Positions 51,625 to 64,000 of a stretch of DNA of 64,000 nucleotides are shown here, in pieces; position 1 is the first letter of the stretch; every line of letters starts with the position of its first letter. The stretch is from Chara braunii (lineage: Eukaryota; Plantae; Charophyceae): positions 1,019,561-1,083,560 of the forward strand of contig BFEA01000021.1 of NCBI GenBank assembly GCA_003427395.1. The letters are read 5' to 3'. Position numbers and translations under genes: made by a program. The notes beneath the pieces are model-generated. The model saw only the letters and a list, made by a program, of their open reading frames with translations. It was not told the origin of the DNA and searched no databases.

Positions 51625-54600
51625 TATCGTGCGCATCGGCCCCCGCCTTTTTTTTGCAAACGCGAGAGGCCTCCCATCCATATCACGCAGGAGTTTAAAC
51701 GAAAATAAAATTAAGAGACAACTCGGGAACGACGCTCAACTAATCCCGCGAGCCCTCAAGACGGCCGTGGTCGAGTCATCCCTTCGTCGCTCTAGCCGGG
51801 TGCGCCAGCTATACATCATCCCTAAGGGGCTGTCACCACCCTTAGGGGCGTATCCCTACCGAGCTATTGACCCACGTGCGAAAGCTTTGAGATGCAATCG
51901 CAGAGGTAGATCAGCGGAGGGCGTTTGCTCGTTCGCCGTAGTATAAATACGCTTGGTTAATGCCAAGTGGACCCGATCGCCGTCCGTTCCTAGGGCGCTG
52001 ATCTCCTAGGTACTAAGCGGACGTCGGTCGACTATGACTGTCTCAACCAAGCGTGAAACCCAACATTAATCCTAGTCCCTTTAACACATATTCAAACGAA
52101 AGTTACAACAACCACACATATAATTATATCAAAGGAGTCGATTGTAGCCGAGACGAATAAATATTCAATCTGAAATGATACCTTAAAGAAATCGAATTAT
52201 CATATGAAACATTCAATAATACAATATCAAAACAAACCCCGACCACCTCGGATCGAGCTCCACAAAACAATCATACAACTGCCAACGAGCAGTTGGATAT
52301 AGACAATAACATAGATGCAACCCACATGGTAGTCGGACTGCCTTAGTTTTAACTTGATGAGATGCGTTGCCAAATTCATTCATTCCACCTACTGCCGACT
52401 CCAAATTCGATACGCTCACACCTGTCTCCATACTTTCTCAATCTTATTAGATGACAGACTACTTGATCAGGGACATTGCTTGAAGTGTTGCATGCCTCTC
52501 CCTTTAGGAAGTGGTCTGGGGTACTCCTCCTCCTCGCCCGAGCACAAAACTCTGATATCAGAAGTCGGGCCGTCTCCACTGAATCGGTAAAGTATCCCCC
52601 CCGTAGAACGATCCACTCTGGGTCGATAACAGGGTCGGCTCCTGAAGCAACTAACCCCCACCCCAGATGCTTCCTGGAGAGAAAACATGTGTCCACTACA
52701 AGTAACTTTCAATTGTTCCAATTTTTCCTAAGTTCAGGGTAACTTAAGCAAAGGGAAATCAAAAGGGATAAAGAATGAGAATCATTTGGACAGGTATAGG
52801 CAGATAAGGTCGTTCGGGATAGAATGGGTAATTCTCAGGAAAAGCCCAAGTCCGTTTGACCTTATCTGCTTTCTTTCAATCGGATTTATTTACGACATGC
52901 ATTGAATTGACCTTTTTCAGAACAACAAGTCCTTATTGACATCCAGGTAGGTAAGAAGAAAAGGGAATAAAATCATTTTCCCTTCTCTCAAATAAGCATA
53001 ATCAATCTTCTTTGCAAGCATCCTTCTACCTACCTGCACAGATCGCAAAGCAAAACAGACAAGTTCAAAGGAAACCAATGCAATTCCATATCCAAGTCAG
53101 ACCTCACCATTCACATGCGAACACACATTTCCTGTGCCATTTTCAAAGACATTCAATGAACAAGGTAAAGCAAGTGTGGGTTCGCACAGGTGTAAAGAGA
53201 AATCTGAGTCAATCAACTGACCTTGAGTGAAGTGGCGCCGAAGAAGCGCCCTGGCTCACTCAAGAAAGTCAACCAACAAGTCGTGTGTGCCGCCGAAAGT
53301 CGTAGTCTTAAGGAAAATCCTGATCAAACCACCTCTCACTCGCACGCCTCATCCGCGGTAACCCAAGCGTGAAAACGGCGAGTCACATGCGACTTAGAAA
53401 AACACTCAATCTGGTACCACGTCAGTCCTAACTGGTCCCAAGCGGTCCCAGATGGTCCCACGCGATTTCAGGTGGTCCCATGGTGTCAAACACTTCGTCG
53501 AATGACTATTGAGTCGAAAACCATTTCCGCCACAGTTCTAAAAAAAAAAAAAATCGGTGCCGAATCTCAAAACCGCATGCGTCAAGACTGCCGCAAATGA
53601 CCGTCCGCGTCCCACGTTACTCCCATCTGAATCCACGCAGTCCCAAGTAGTACAGTCTCACTGCCACAAGTGTTGGGTAGTGTCAACTACAAATCATTTA
53701 TCTCATATGCCGCATAAAAAATAAATAAACCCGCTTGTCGCGCTCAGATTTCATACCGTCGCATGCTGTCAACTGCCACCATGTCACGCTGCTGCTGCCG
53801 TACACACCAATGGTAGCAAACCTTCACCAAGAAAGCAAACGCTGCGCCGCAACAAAAAACCTTTCAGCGCAGTAAAAAAAACCTTCACTGTCGCGCCGCA
53901 CGTCCCATCGTCGTGCCGCAGTTCCACTGCCGTGCCGAACTCTCTCGGAAAATGGCAGCACTTCATCGCACCGTGCCCCGTAGAAAAAAAAAGAAAACGG
54001 CAGCGCTCCGCCGTGCCATACCACCGTAAAAAGACGGCGGCGCTTCGCCGTGCCGTACCACCGTAATAAAACGGCAGTGTTTCGCCGTGTCGTACCACCG
54101 CAAAAAGACGGCTGCGCTTGGCTGTGTCGTACCACCGTAAAAAAAACGGCAGTGCTTCGTCGTACCGTACCACAACCAAAAAAAACAGCAGCGCTTCCTT
54201 ACGACCGTCGAAAAAAACAGAACCACCGCCGCAAAAACCGGCAGCGCTTCCGCACCACCGTAAAAAACAACAGAACTGCCGCAAAAGTTCGGCAACACTT
54301 TTGTACCACCGCCGTAAAAAGTCTGTGCCGCCGCTGCAGAATTTCGACAACACTTCCGTACCACTGCCGTGAAAACCCGTCCCGCCGCCGCAGAAATTCG
54401 ACAGCACTTCCGTACCTCTGCCGTAAAAAATCATGCCGCCGCCGCAGAATTTCGGCAGCACTTCCGTACCGCTGCCGTAAAAACCCGTGTCGCCGCCGCA
54501 GAATTTCGACAGCACTTCCGTACCGTTGTCGTAAAAAAACAGCAGGCCAAAATTAATAAAATTTGGGCCCCAAGCCCAAATTTCACTGTGTCGTACTGCC

Positions 54601-56896
54601 GTAGTCCCGCAGCGCCACTGGGTCTGTCCCGTGGGACCAGCACCAGCCAGAGAGGAGGGGAGCAGAGTGCTCCCTGCCTTAGCTGTGGCTTCCCAATTCT
54701 TCTCCTTGCGCTCCTCTGCAGACCTCCAGCCTCTCCTCACGTTGCCTCAAGCAGCAGCTCTAGCAGCCAGCAACACTCAAGTGTGCTCGTCATACACTGG
54801 CATCACGAGTGCATTGTGTGGCAGCTGGGGGGCAGCTGCCTGTTTTATATTGGCTGAGGAGGGCTGGACGTCACTCCAGCCCCCCGGCAAAATCGCGGGT
54901 TCACCGTGAGCCCTTGATCTGGCCAGGATCCAGGGTTGACTGTGGATGCACCACAGCCACAACCTTACTGTGGGGCAGTTTCTTTAACCGCCCTTATTTT
55001 ATTTTTATTTTTTTTTCCTCAGCTATCTCGAAATCTCACGAGATAGCTGGGCTCCTGCCATTTCTAAATCTGTTTTTCTTTTATTTTTCTGATAAGGAGT
55101 TAGAGAGATACAACCCCTTTCAGTTTGATGTATCTGGACTTTTTTTCCCAGGGCATATACATCGGGGGAAAGGCTGTACTTAGCCTTTTCCTTTATAACC
55201 CTTCAAATTTAAGGCTCCCTTCAAAAACGGGAGCCTGACAGTTACCTCNNNNNNNNNNNNNNNNNNNNNNNNNNNNNNNNNNNNNNNNNNNNNNNNNNNN
55301 NNNNNNNNNNNNNNNNNNNNNNNNNNNNNNNNNNNNNNNNNNNNNNNNNNNNNNNNNNNNNNNNNNNNNNNNNNNNNNNNNNNNNNNNAAAACTTTAACC
55401 CCCTCAACTGCAATGCTCCTGGCCGTGATTTGAGCCAGGAGCATGCAGTTGTTGTCAACTGTCTGTCCCTTCCCTCTGCTGCCCTCCCCTGAAAACGGGA
55501 AGTACAGTTGTCAGGTTGGGAGGAGTAGGGAAATAGCTCCTGAAAATTCACGAGTTCAAATCCCGACAGGCTCAGAACGGGGTGCAAAAAGTACCCCGAC
55601 TTCGATGAATTTTAGAAAAATATTCGATAAATACAAAAATCGAAAAACATTCATGCACATGGCCTAGGTGCCTGACTACCTACAAAAAACAAATCAAGGC
55701 CAACAAAATTGTTTTACACCACCAAAACAATAGTGGCGCAAACAAAAAAATATAGTTTTTCAAAAAAACTCATATCCCGTTTTTTGTTTTATTTTTCTTT
55801 TCTTTTTCTTCTTATCGCCCTGACAACGGGGAGGCAGCTGGCAGGTCGGGAGGAGCAGGTCCTCCTCTCCCCATCCTCCTATTTTTCTCTCTCTCCGTCT
55901 CCACTCAATTCCTCCAACTCCCTCTTGCTTTCCGCGTGTGAACTGTGCTTCTCGCGGCCACAGTCAATTGTTCAAAACGAAGTGGGAGCCTTTGTGCTCT
56001 CACACAGTCTGCAAAGACTGTTCTTTTGGTTGCTTTTCCCTTTTTTTTTTTTTTTTTTTTTTTTTCCGGGATTTTGGACCATTTTTCGATTTATGGTATC
56101 ATCCTTGTGCAGGGGTCATGCTGCAGCCACGCGGCCTTTCCCGACCGTGACATTTGATGATCTCGCGACCGCCAATGGCCGCGCTTCATGCTGGTGCAGT
56201 GGGCAGCTTCAAAAGAAAAGGAGCTAGCCCAGACTTCTTGTCGCCGGCTCGATTCCAGCATCTGCTGGTTGAAAATCCGATGCGGTCCCTGCTGGGCTAG
56301 CTCTTATCACTGGAGCTAGAAGAACAACCCTTCAAATGGAAGGGTTGCGCCAACAGGTCGCATGCAGTCTGTGGCTCAGCAGACTTTGCTTGCCTGAGGC
56401 ATTAGGCCCTGCCACCGCATTCCCATAGATGGCAACCCGTCCATGGCTAGGCCTCGGCACCGGCCTGTCGGCCCCCTGACTCGAAAAACCCGCGGGTCCG
56501 GGAAATAGAAAAAAAAAACTTTCTATTCCTCCCGCGTCAAGGCCCCGTATTCGACGCGTCGTTCTTTTCAGCCTACCTAGGCCCTGAATCGAGCGGCTTA
56601 GCAGTCGCGCGTCGTTATTTTAGGTAAAATAAGTATAACTTCAACGTTCCCATGTCCGCACGTCGCTGCGCCTTCAACAAAAGCGAAGTATAGTCAGTTA
56701 CTGCCATTATTCTCAGATGTTGCATACGTCCGGACTAGGGTTCTAAAAGTTTTAGTCTCTCGATCAAAGGCTAAGTCTGAATAAACTTTCAGCAAGCGTC
56801 GACCTCATCAAGTCCTCCAATTCAACGAAAAAGTCGGACAGTGTCCGACGTTGAAAAACCCCAACAAATACCCTGACAAGGGTATTTGCCCCGACA
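51625..56896 (-). mobile_element. 3' LTR (~5.3 kb) of a non-autonomous Athila/Tat-like Gypsy element
   Basis: Reverse strand starts TGTCGGGGCAAATACCC at 56896 right after G-rich GGGGTCTGGGAATGC (PPT-like) and ends ...GCACGATA. 51625-54225 is directly repeated at 58500-61148. Confidence 0.75.
53860..54540. repeat. Degenerate ~30/60 bp tandem array within the LTR
   Basis: Recurring GCAGCGCTTC...GTACCACCGTAAAAA units; also at 60785-61148. Confidence 0.85.
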
Positions 56897-58499
56897 GCAT
56901 TCCCAGACCCCATTGAACGACGTCCGCGTCGTTCACCATCAGAAATAATCAGGATCCTTATAAAAATTTCATGTGAAAGCAACGATGATAATACAAAACA
57001 ATTCCAGATAATCGTCCGGAACTAAGTCGTAACTTTTACGACAATTTTAGAACAGTACAGTAACAAAACTGGATTTAGCCTCCAGAAGCCTTCACTTAAT
57101 ACAAAAGAACTGGATTTAGCCTCCATGAGCCTTAAATCATTACAGATCATATGTGGATGGAATCTTATCAGATATTGCCTTTGACAAGCATTATCAAAAC
57201 TTGGACCCAGGTCTAGCCCCTGGAAACCTTCAATTCAGAGAATTTTTTTCAAAATGATCCCAGCATCATCCCACTGACAGTCACTCAAAACATAATTTAA
57301 TCTCTCAAAATGGTACCGAAAAAACTTCCGGATAGCCTTCTAAAACGAAATCCATTCGGTCGATACCTGTGTTGCACTTGAGTAAAACTCAAGTGAGTCA
57401 GGAATAACCACTGAAAGGTCTTCTAAACGTCCAAGTTATGATCCTCATTTCATTCAACATAATTTATCATGCCCGTTACTTCTAAACCCCTCGTGAAATG
57501 CGTTGAGGAGTGGTGTAATCCGTATGAGGATAACATCTCGACATTAAGCCCCGCTTTAGATTCGAGCCTCACCACATTCCCTCCGATTCTAGTGTTTTCG
57601 ACCTCATTAGTCCTCTGCATATAGAGTAAAACAGCCCAACATGACACGATCGGGGTTAACTAGGCCCCGATCATGGAGGTACGGTGACCACGTCTGACAC
57701 GAGGTTAGGTAGTCACTCCTCCCCTTGCGTCAAAGGATAGTCGCCTACCCTACAAACATCATTCTAATAAGACCTCAACACCTTCCTCCCTTTCAATGAT
57801 AGTGTAATCTTCCTTCCTTAAACCACATAGGATTCGGAAGATAACATCTCGCTATGGACTCGGACCATAGCTCCGGCGCGAACCTTACTACCACCTACAG
57901 AGCTCACAAATCCATCAGAAATTTACCGTGACATGATATTCAAGAACAACAATACAATTGACAACAAACGCTTTCACATAAAATTTCATAATGATCCAGG
58001 CTAAATAATCTTCAACAGTAAATCAAATGCCTTCAATCATAGAAATGTCTCACAAAAACGGATAATCTCGAAATGGATGAAAGTCCGGGTGAACTGATCG
58101 TTCGAAATATACATCATTCTAATATGGAAATCAAATATATGACTAAATAAATTTGCAAGCTCATGATAAAATATCCGATTAAAGTATGACACATGAAAAC
58201 ATTAATTCTTAACACGATAACTTGAGATTTGTAGATAACTTCGATGAATATTAAGACAAAAACAAAATTTGACTCAATCAATATCAATACATTAAAATTT
58301 TACATCCAACTAAAATGTCCAAAATAATCTTCAGAATAAAATCAACACATAATTCACATGGATAAAATTATTTAAAAATCAATTGATAGGGATAAATAAT
58401 TAGAATACGATAAATTTATCCACTGTAAAATCAAATACCGGAATGTCGTTCCGCCAGGGACAACGGTAGTTTGTCGTTATCCCCGGCAACGGTGCCACC
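56897..58499 (-). mobile_element. Non-coding internal region (~1.6 kb) of the giant-LTR element
   Basis: Lies between PBS and PPT-like tract. AT-rich, no gag/pol ORF in the six-frame track. Confidence 0.7.
58479..58497 (-). promoter_or_regulatory. Primer-binding site complementary to tRNA-Asp
   Basis: TGGCACCGTTGCCGGGGAT, 18/19 match to the complement of the plant tRNA-Asp 3' end (Athila-type PBS), 2 nt after the LTR end ...ACGACA. Confidence 0.88.
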
Positions 58500-61148
58500 T
58501 GTCGTGCACATCCGCCCCCGTCCTTTTTTTACAAAGGTGAGAGCCCTCCTGACCATATCACGCAGGAGTTTAAACGAAAATAAAATTAAGAGACAACTCG
58601 GGAACGACGCTTAACTAATCCCGCGAGCCACCAAGACGACTGCGGTCGCGTCGTCCCTTCGCCGCTCTAGCCGAGTGCGCCAGCTATACATCTCGAGGTC
58701 CCCTACAACAGGATAGGTTCCCGCGGGGCATAAGCTTGCATCCCTAAGGGGCTGTCAGCACCCTTAGGGGCGTATCCCTACTGAGCTACTGACCCACGTG
58801 CGAAAGCTTTTAGATGCAATCGCAGAGGTAGATCAGCGGAGGACGTTTGCTCGTTCGCCGTAGTATAGATACGCTTGGTTAACGCCAAGTGGATCCGATC
58901 GCCGTCCGTTCCTAGGACGCTGATTTCCTAGGTACGAAGCGGACGTCGGTCGACTAGGACTGTCTCAACCAAGCGTGAAACCCAACATTAATCCTAGTCC
59001 CTTTAACACATATTCAAACGAAAGTTACAACAACCACACATATAATTATATCAAAGGAGTCGATTGTAGCCGAGACGAATAAATATTCAATCTGAAATGA
59101 TACCTTAAAGAAATCGAATCATCATATGAAACATTCAATAATACAATATCAAAACAAACCCCACAAAACAATCATACAACTGCCAACGAGGAGTTGGATA
59201 TAGACAATAACATAGATGCAACCCACATGGTAGTCAGACTGCCTTAGTTTTAACTTGATGAGATGCGTTGCCAAATTCATTCATTCCACCTACTGCCGAC
59301 TCCAAATTCGATACGCTCACACTTGTCTCCATACTTTCTCAATCTTATTAGATGACAGACTACTTGATCNNNNNNNNNNNNNNNNNNNNNNNNNNNNNNN
59401 NNNNNNNNNNNNNNNNNNNNNNNNNNNNNNNNNNNNNNNNNNNNNNNNNNNNNNNNNNNACTACTTGATCAGGGACATTGCTTGAAGTGTTGCATGCCTC
59501 TCCCTTTAGGAAGTGGTCTGGGGTACTCCTCCTCCTCGCCCGAGCACAAAACTCGGATATCAGAAGTCGGGCCGTCTCCACCGAATCGGTAAAGTATCCC
59601 CCCCGTAGAACGGTCCACTCTGGGTCGATAACAGGGTCGGCTCCTGAAGCAACGAACCCCCACCCCAGATGCTTCCTGGAGAGAAAACATGTGTCCACTA
59701 CAAGTAACTTTCAATTGTTCCCATTTTTCCTAAGTTCAGGGTAAATTAAGCAAAGAGAAATCAAAAGGGATAAAGAATGAGAATCATTTGGACAGGTATA
59801 GGCAGATAAGGTCGTTCGCGATAGAATGGGTAATTACCGGGAAAAACCCAAGTCCGTTCGACCTTATCTGCTTTCTTTCAATCGGATTTATTTACGACAT
59901 GCATTGAATTGACCTTTTTCAGAACAACAAGTCATTATTGACATCCAGGTAGGTAAGAAGTAAAGAGAAACCAATCATTTTCCCTTCTCTCAAATAGGCA
60001 TAATCAATCTCCTTTGCAAGCATCCTTCTACCTACCTACACAGATCGCAAAGCAAAACAGACAAGTTCAAAGGAAACCAATGCAATTCCATATCCAAGTC
60101 AGACCTCACCATTCACATGCGAACACATGTTTCCTTTGCCATTTTCAAAGAACATTCAATGAACAAGGTCAAGCAAGTGTGGGTTCACACAGGTGTGAAG
60201 AGAAATATGAGTCAATCAACTGACCTTGAGTGAAGTGGCGCCGAAGAAGCGCCTTGGCTCACTCAAGAAAGCCAACCAACAAGCCGTGTGTGCCGCCGAA
60301 AGTTGTAGTCTCAAGGAAAATCATGATCAAACCACCTCTCACTCGCACGCCTCATCCGCAGTAACCCAAACGTGAAACCGGTGAGTCGCATGCGTCTTAG
60401 AAAAACACTCAATCTGGTACCATGTTAGTCCCAATTGGTCCCAAGCGGTCCCAGATGGTCCCACGCGGTTCCAGGTGTTCCCATGCTGTCAAACACTTCG
60501 TCGAATGACTATTGAGTCGAAAACCGTTTCCGCCACAGTTCTAAAAAAAAAAAAAATCGGTGTCGAATTTCAAAAACGCATACGTCAAGACTGCCGCAAA
60601 TGACCGTCCGCGTCCCACGTTAGTCCCAACTGAATCTAGGCAGTCCCAATAATAAACCCGCTTGTCGCGCTCATATTTTGTACTGTCGCATGCTGTGAAC
60701 CGCCACCATGTCACGCTGCTGCTGCCGTACACACCAATGGTAGCAGACCTTCACCAAGAAAAATAGACGTCGTGCCGCAACCTTTCAGCGCCGTAAAAAA
60801 AAACTCCACTGCCGCGCTGCACGTCCCACCGTTGTGCTGCAGTTCCACTGCCGTGCTGAACTCTCGTCGAAAAATGGCATCACGTCATCGCACCGTGCCC
60901 CGTAGAAAAAAAAAAAAACCGGCAGCGGTCCGCCGTGCCATACCACCGTAAAAAGACGACGGCGCTTCACTGTGTCGTACCACCGTAAAAAAACGGCAGC
61001 GCTTCACCGTAACGAACCTCCGCAAAAAGATTGCGGCGCTTCGCAGTGTCGTACCACCGTAAAATAAACGGCAGCGCTTCGTCATGCCGTACCACCGCAA
61101 AAAAAAACGGCAGCGCTTCCTCACCACTGTCAAAAAAAACAGAACCGC
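58500..61148 (-). mobile_element. 5' LTR (visible part) of the giant-LTR element, interrupted at 61148
   Basis: Colinear with 51625-54225 with scattered substitutions and indels. Ends in CA next to the PBS. Confidence 0.85.
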
Positions 61149-62526
61149 TGTCGGCGCGAATACCCTTACAAGGGTATCCGCCATGGTTTTTGCAAGTGAC
61201 AGAAAGGCTCGGTTAACTTGGATTTTGAGTGCCCGTGCGGGAGAATGTGAGGGTCGTCTGCGCGCGGGCCAGGGTCTGCCTTGTCCCGGTAGGGAGTATG
61301 TGGGCACGCAATCTTGAGGCGCGCGTGTGATTTTTCTAATTGAGATAGGCGGTCGGTCTAGTCGACCGGACCGGGCCACGTTACGGCTGTGATTAGGGGT
61401 AAAAGTCTGTTTTTTTCTGTAGTTTTTGGTCGGCGCGCGCGACCGGTGGTAGGCCGGCGCGAACACTTAGGGGGCTGAGAGGGTAACTGGGGTAGTATCC
61501 TGGCCCGACGGGGCTCGCGATACCGCTTCATGTGGGAAGCCGCGCCTGCTAGTCATAGGCTTGGGCTTAGCCCTATTGGTTACAGCGATGGACTTGTGAC
61601 ATGGAGATACGGGGATCGGGACTGGCGGACGGCGGCACGGGAGCGATGGAGCGGCGAGATGCCGAGGGGTCGAGGGTCCCGCGGGACTATCCCCCGTTCC
61701 TTTTTTGTGTTTAAGGGAGCCCTACCGCGGACCAGCGCCGCAAGGCTACGGGAGCACTGGCAGGGCCCGCGGCTCGCTTCCCCCTTCAAACGATCCCCCA
61801 CCCTTACTTTTCCTTCTTTATTTCTGAGGGTTACTTAAACCCCATTGAGATTAAGGTTGAGGGCTGCTAAAAGGAGAGGGGGGGGGGCGTCTGCTGTAGT
61901 CGGGTTTCCCCGAGGCACTCATCAACGCCAGGGCGACACAAAGGGGGTCTGCATGGTTGGCCAGGTAAGGGTGACGGAGGCAGACCCTGTGCGTGGACCT
62001 GGAACGTTAGCCGAGCCAGGTGCGCGTGCGGGAATAAGTACGAGGGGCTGGATCCAGTAGAGGACCGGTGGGTGGAGCTGTTCCGGCCGCGACGGGCCGC
62101 TGGCGCTATCCTGGCCGGCGTCAAAATCGAATCGGTAGATTCGCGGGATAACTACGCTAAGGGGTAATACCCACAAACAGAGGATGACCCCGGCCGCTAG
62201 ACAGGCCGGGTACGTGCAAACGAGGGGTTGTTTGGGCTCGTAGGGTTGCCCCAGGGCCTATGGCCAGGCGGGGGTGCGGATGTCTGAATCCGGCCTCGAG
62301 ATAGGGCTAGGTCCATGCGAGGGAAGTTGTAGAGAGGAGTGGCGTGAGGGCGGGCGAAAGCCCGAAAGTGCTGATACGGCAAAGTTCTCCGGTGCCCCGG
62401 GAGATCGGATCGGTATAGGAAAGATCTGCGGGGTCAACAGTATAGAGGCCGGGAACGAACCTGGACGAAGGACGGGGGTAGGGTCAGGCGGAGGAACTGG
62501 GAGGCTTGCGAAAGGTGGGGAGGTGG

Positions 62527-62556
62527 AGAGAAGATTCGCATGGCCCCAGCGTGAGG
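62527..62556 (+). pseudogene. Short U6 fragment (AGC/ISL region)
   Basis: AGAGAAGATTCGCATGGCCCCAGCGTGAGG, 26/30 identical to U6 AGAGAAGATTAGCATGGCCCCTGCGCAAGG. Confidence 0.65.
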
Positions 62557-62650
62557 CCGGCCCGCATAAGGTCCGAAATACGGACTAGGGGTGTGCACAG
62601 TGGCAAGGCGGCTTGGGTCGAGTGAGCGTTGAAGTGTCGGGCGGGTGGAA

Positions 62651-62724
62651 ATCCTTCGAGACATCCGAAAAATTGGAACGATATGGAGAAGATTAGCATG
62701 ACCCTTGCGCAAGGACGACACACG
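62651..62724 (+). pseudogene. U6: 3'-truncated U6 snRNA-derived sequence inside an LTR
   Basis: TCCTTCGAGACATCCGAAAAATTGGAACGATATGGAGAAGATTAGCATGACCCTTGCGCAAGGACGACACAC. Lacks the 3' part of U6. Confidence 0.88.
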
Positions 62725-64000
62725 GGGATTGGGGAAAGGGGGAGCGTTCACCTACGCGAACTCGGCCTGAAAAGGGGGGCAGATCCGCACGGCAGCCTGT
62801 CGAGGCCGGGTGGTACTAGAGGCTGGCCGGGCTCTGCGGAGCCAAGCCCTTCTGGACCTCCGCTAAGGGTGAGACGACACAGAGGAGGCTAACGCGGGTT
62901 CCGCACGCACGGAGGGTATAAAAGAGAGTAGGCCGACGGTCGGGCGTTTGCTTTCTGGCGCTCGGCAGCGGTCGGCCCAAACGGTCGGAGTCCATGGTAC
63001 TAGTGGCCGCGCTCTGGAGGGCTAGCCTTGGTTGACGTCAACGGAGTGGCGAATGAACCAGGACGGGGGTCCCGCCAGGGTGCATTCAGAGATGGCGGGG
63101 GGGGCGATGCGGGGCGTAGTCGGATAAGCTTAGCGTGTTCGATCCTCGCCAGAATGGAGTGATGGAAAGGGCGGCTTGGGGATTTTGGTACCGGGCGATC
63201 TCGAATATGGTGTCATATTTAGTGCGGGAGAAGAGGGATTGGAGGCGGAGGGGAGTTAGAGATGGTGGAAGTAGGAATCGGGCGCAGCGGGGGAGGCACT
63301 GCTCTTTCGATCGTGCGTGGAAACGGGAGGGAAAAGGAGCGATCCTGGGGTTTTTGCCCCGGGCGAACGCGATGCTAAGGTCAGAATTGCGAGGGAATTA
63401 GTGCTTAGAGAGTTAGAATATAAATGAGTCGCGTGGAGATATGGCGGGGGGGGGGAGAAAACGAGAATGGGAAGTAGAATGTTTACATATTTTTTTGTGA
63501 AATCGGGTGAAGTAAAGTCATAAATAGAGGGTTTCTGTTACTGCGATCCTAATGAGGCTGTTAGTTTTAGTTGTGGGTTAGTAGTATGGTCGGAGCTAGC
63601 ATTGTAGGTTGCGCCGCAGGGGAGATTCGAGACGGACGATGAACATGGCCACACTGTAGGGGAAGGTTCATGCGGACCCTTGCTCAATGCTATCTGAGGA
63701 CGTGGGGTGAGGGTAGTCGAGGAAGGGTCGGAGGCTTACCTGGTAGTTGGCATGTTGCTCACTGTCGGAGGAAGTAAGTAGGAAAAGTGTGCCTTTCTGT
63801 GTTCTAACGGAAAGATACACCGGTCACGGCATAGTCGCTTCGCTGGCCACACGTACGATCATCCGCGTCGCTGGACTATACAGCCGGGCCCCTCATGGTT
63901 GCCGACGTGACTGTGCCTAGCAGGAACGAGCGCTGTGGGAACAGGGCGGCGGGCAGTTCAGGGCAATGGAGACCGAGAGAGGAGAAGCTTTCCTGCCTTG

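Larger units (their letters stand above)
61149..64000 (+). mobile_element. Nested related LTR in opposite orientation (runs off the window)
   Basis: Begins TGTCGGCGCGAATACCCTTACAAGGGTAT exactly where the LTR duplication stops. Same terminal motif as at 56896. Its 3' end is not identified. Confidence 0.65.

Noticed and set aside
53233-53250. TGGCGCCG PBS-like motif (also ~60236)
   Set aside because: Lies in the middle of the LTR duplication, is not preceded by a CA terminus, and has no extended tRNA complementarity.
53784-54857. 318 aa and overlapping ORFs; CRISPR-like periodicity
   Set aside because: Degenerate tandem array inside an LTR, open in several frames. No identical repeats with unique spacers, no cas genes, eukaryotic context.
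63630-63690. Further faint U6-like words
   Set aside because: Too many mismatches to distinguish from chance by eye.

Overview
Repeat-rich eukaryotic nuclear DNA from the green-plant (streptophyte) lineage, probably an alga or early-diverging land plant; the species cannot be fixed from sequence alone. The one clear host gene is SEC63/ERdj2 (ER translocon J-domain co-chaperone) on the minus strand: 11 GT-AG coding exons from 43685 to 13835, 2214 nt, 737 aa, all phases consistent. Its introns and flanks carry MITEs, a hAT-type element, micro- and minisatellites, a U6 snRNA variant, and plastid (accD) and mitochondrial-type (nad1, group II intron RT) insertions. The right third is a nest of related LTR retroelements, including a non-coding element with a ~5.3 kb LTR and a tRNA-Asp PBS, and a nested LTR carrying U6 snRNA pieces. 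The most notable unannotated signal is a dispersed short repeat family whose core is a type III hammerhead ribozyme (ACUGUC^GAGG-UUCAR-CCUC-CUGAUGA-GUCGG-UGAAASU-CCGAC-GAAACAGU). It has five cores plus two flank-only fragments in this window and shows stem II covariation, consistent with a retrozyme-like mobile RNA family. All coordinates were read by eye; no alignments or database searches were run.
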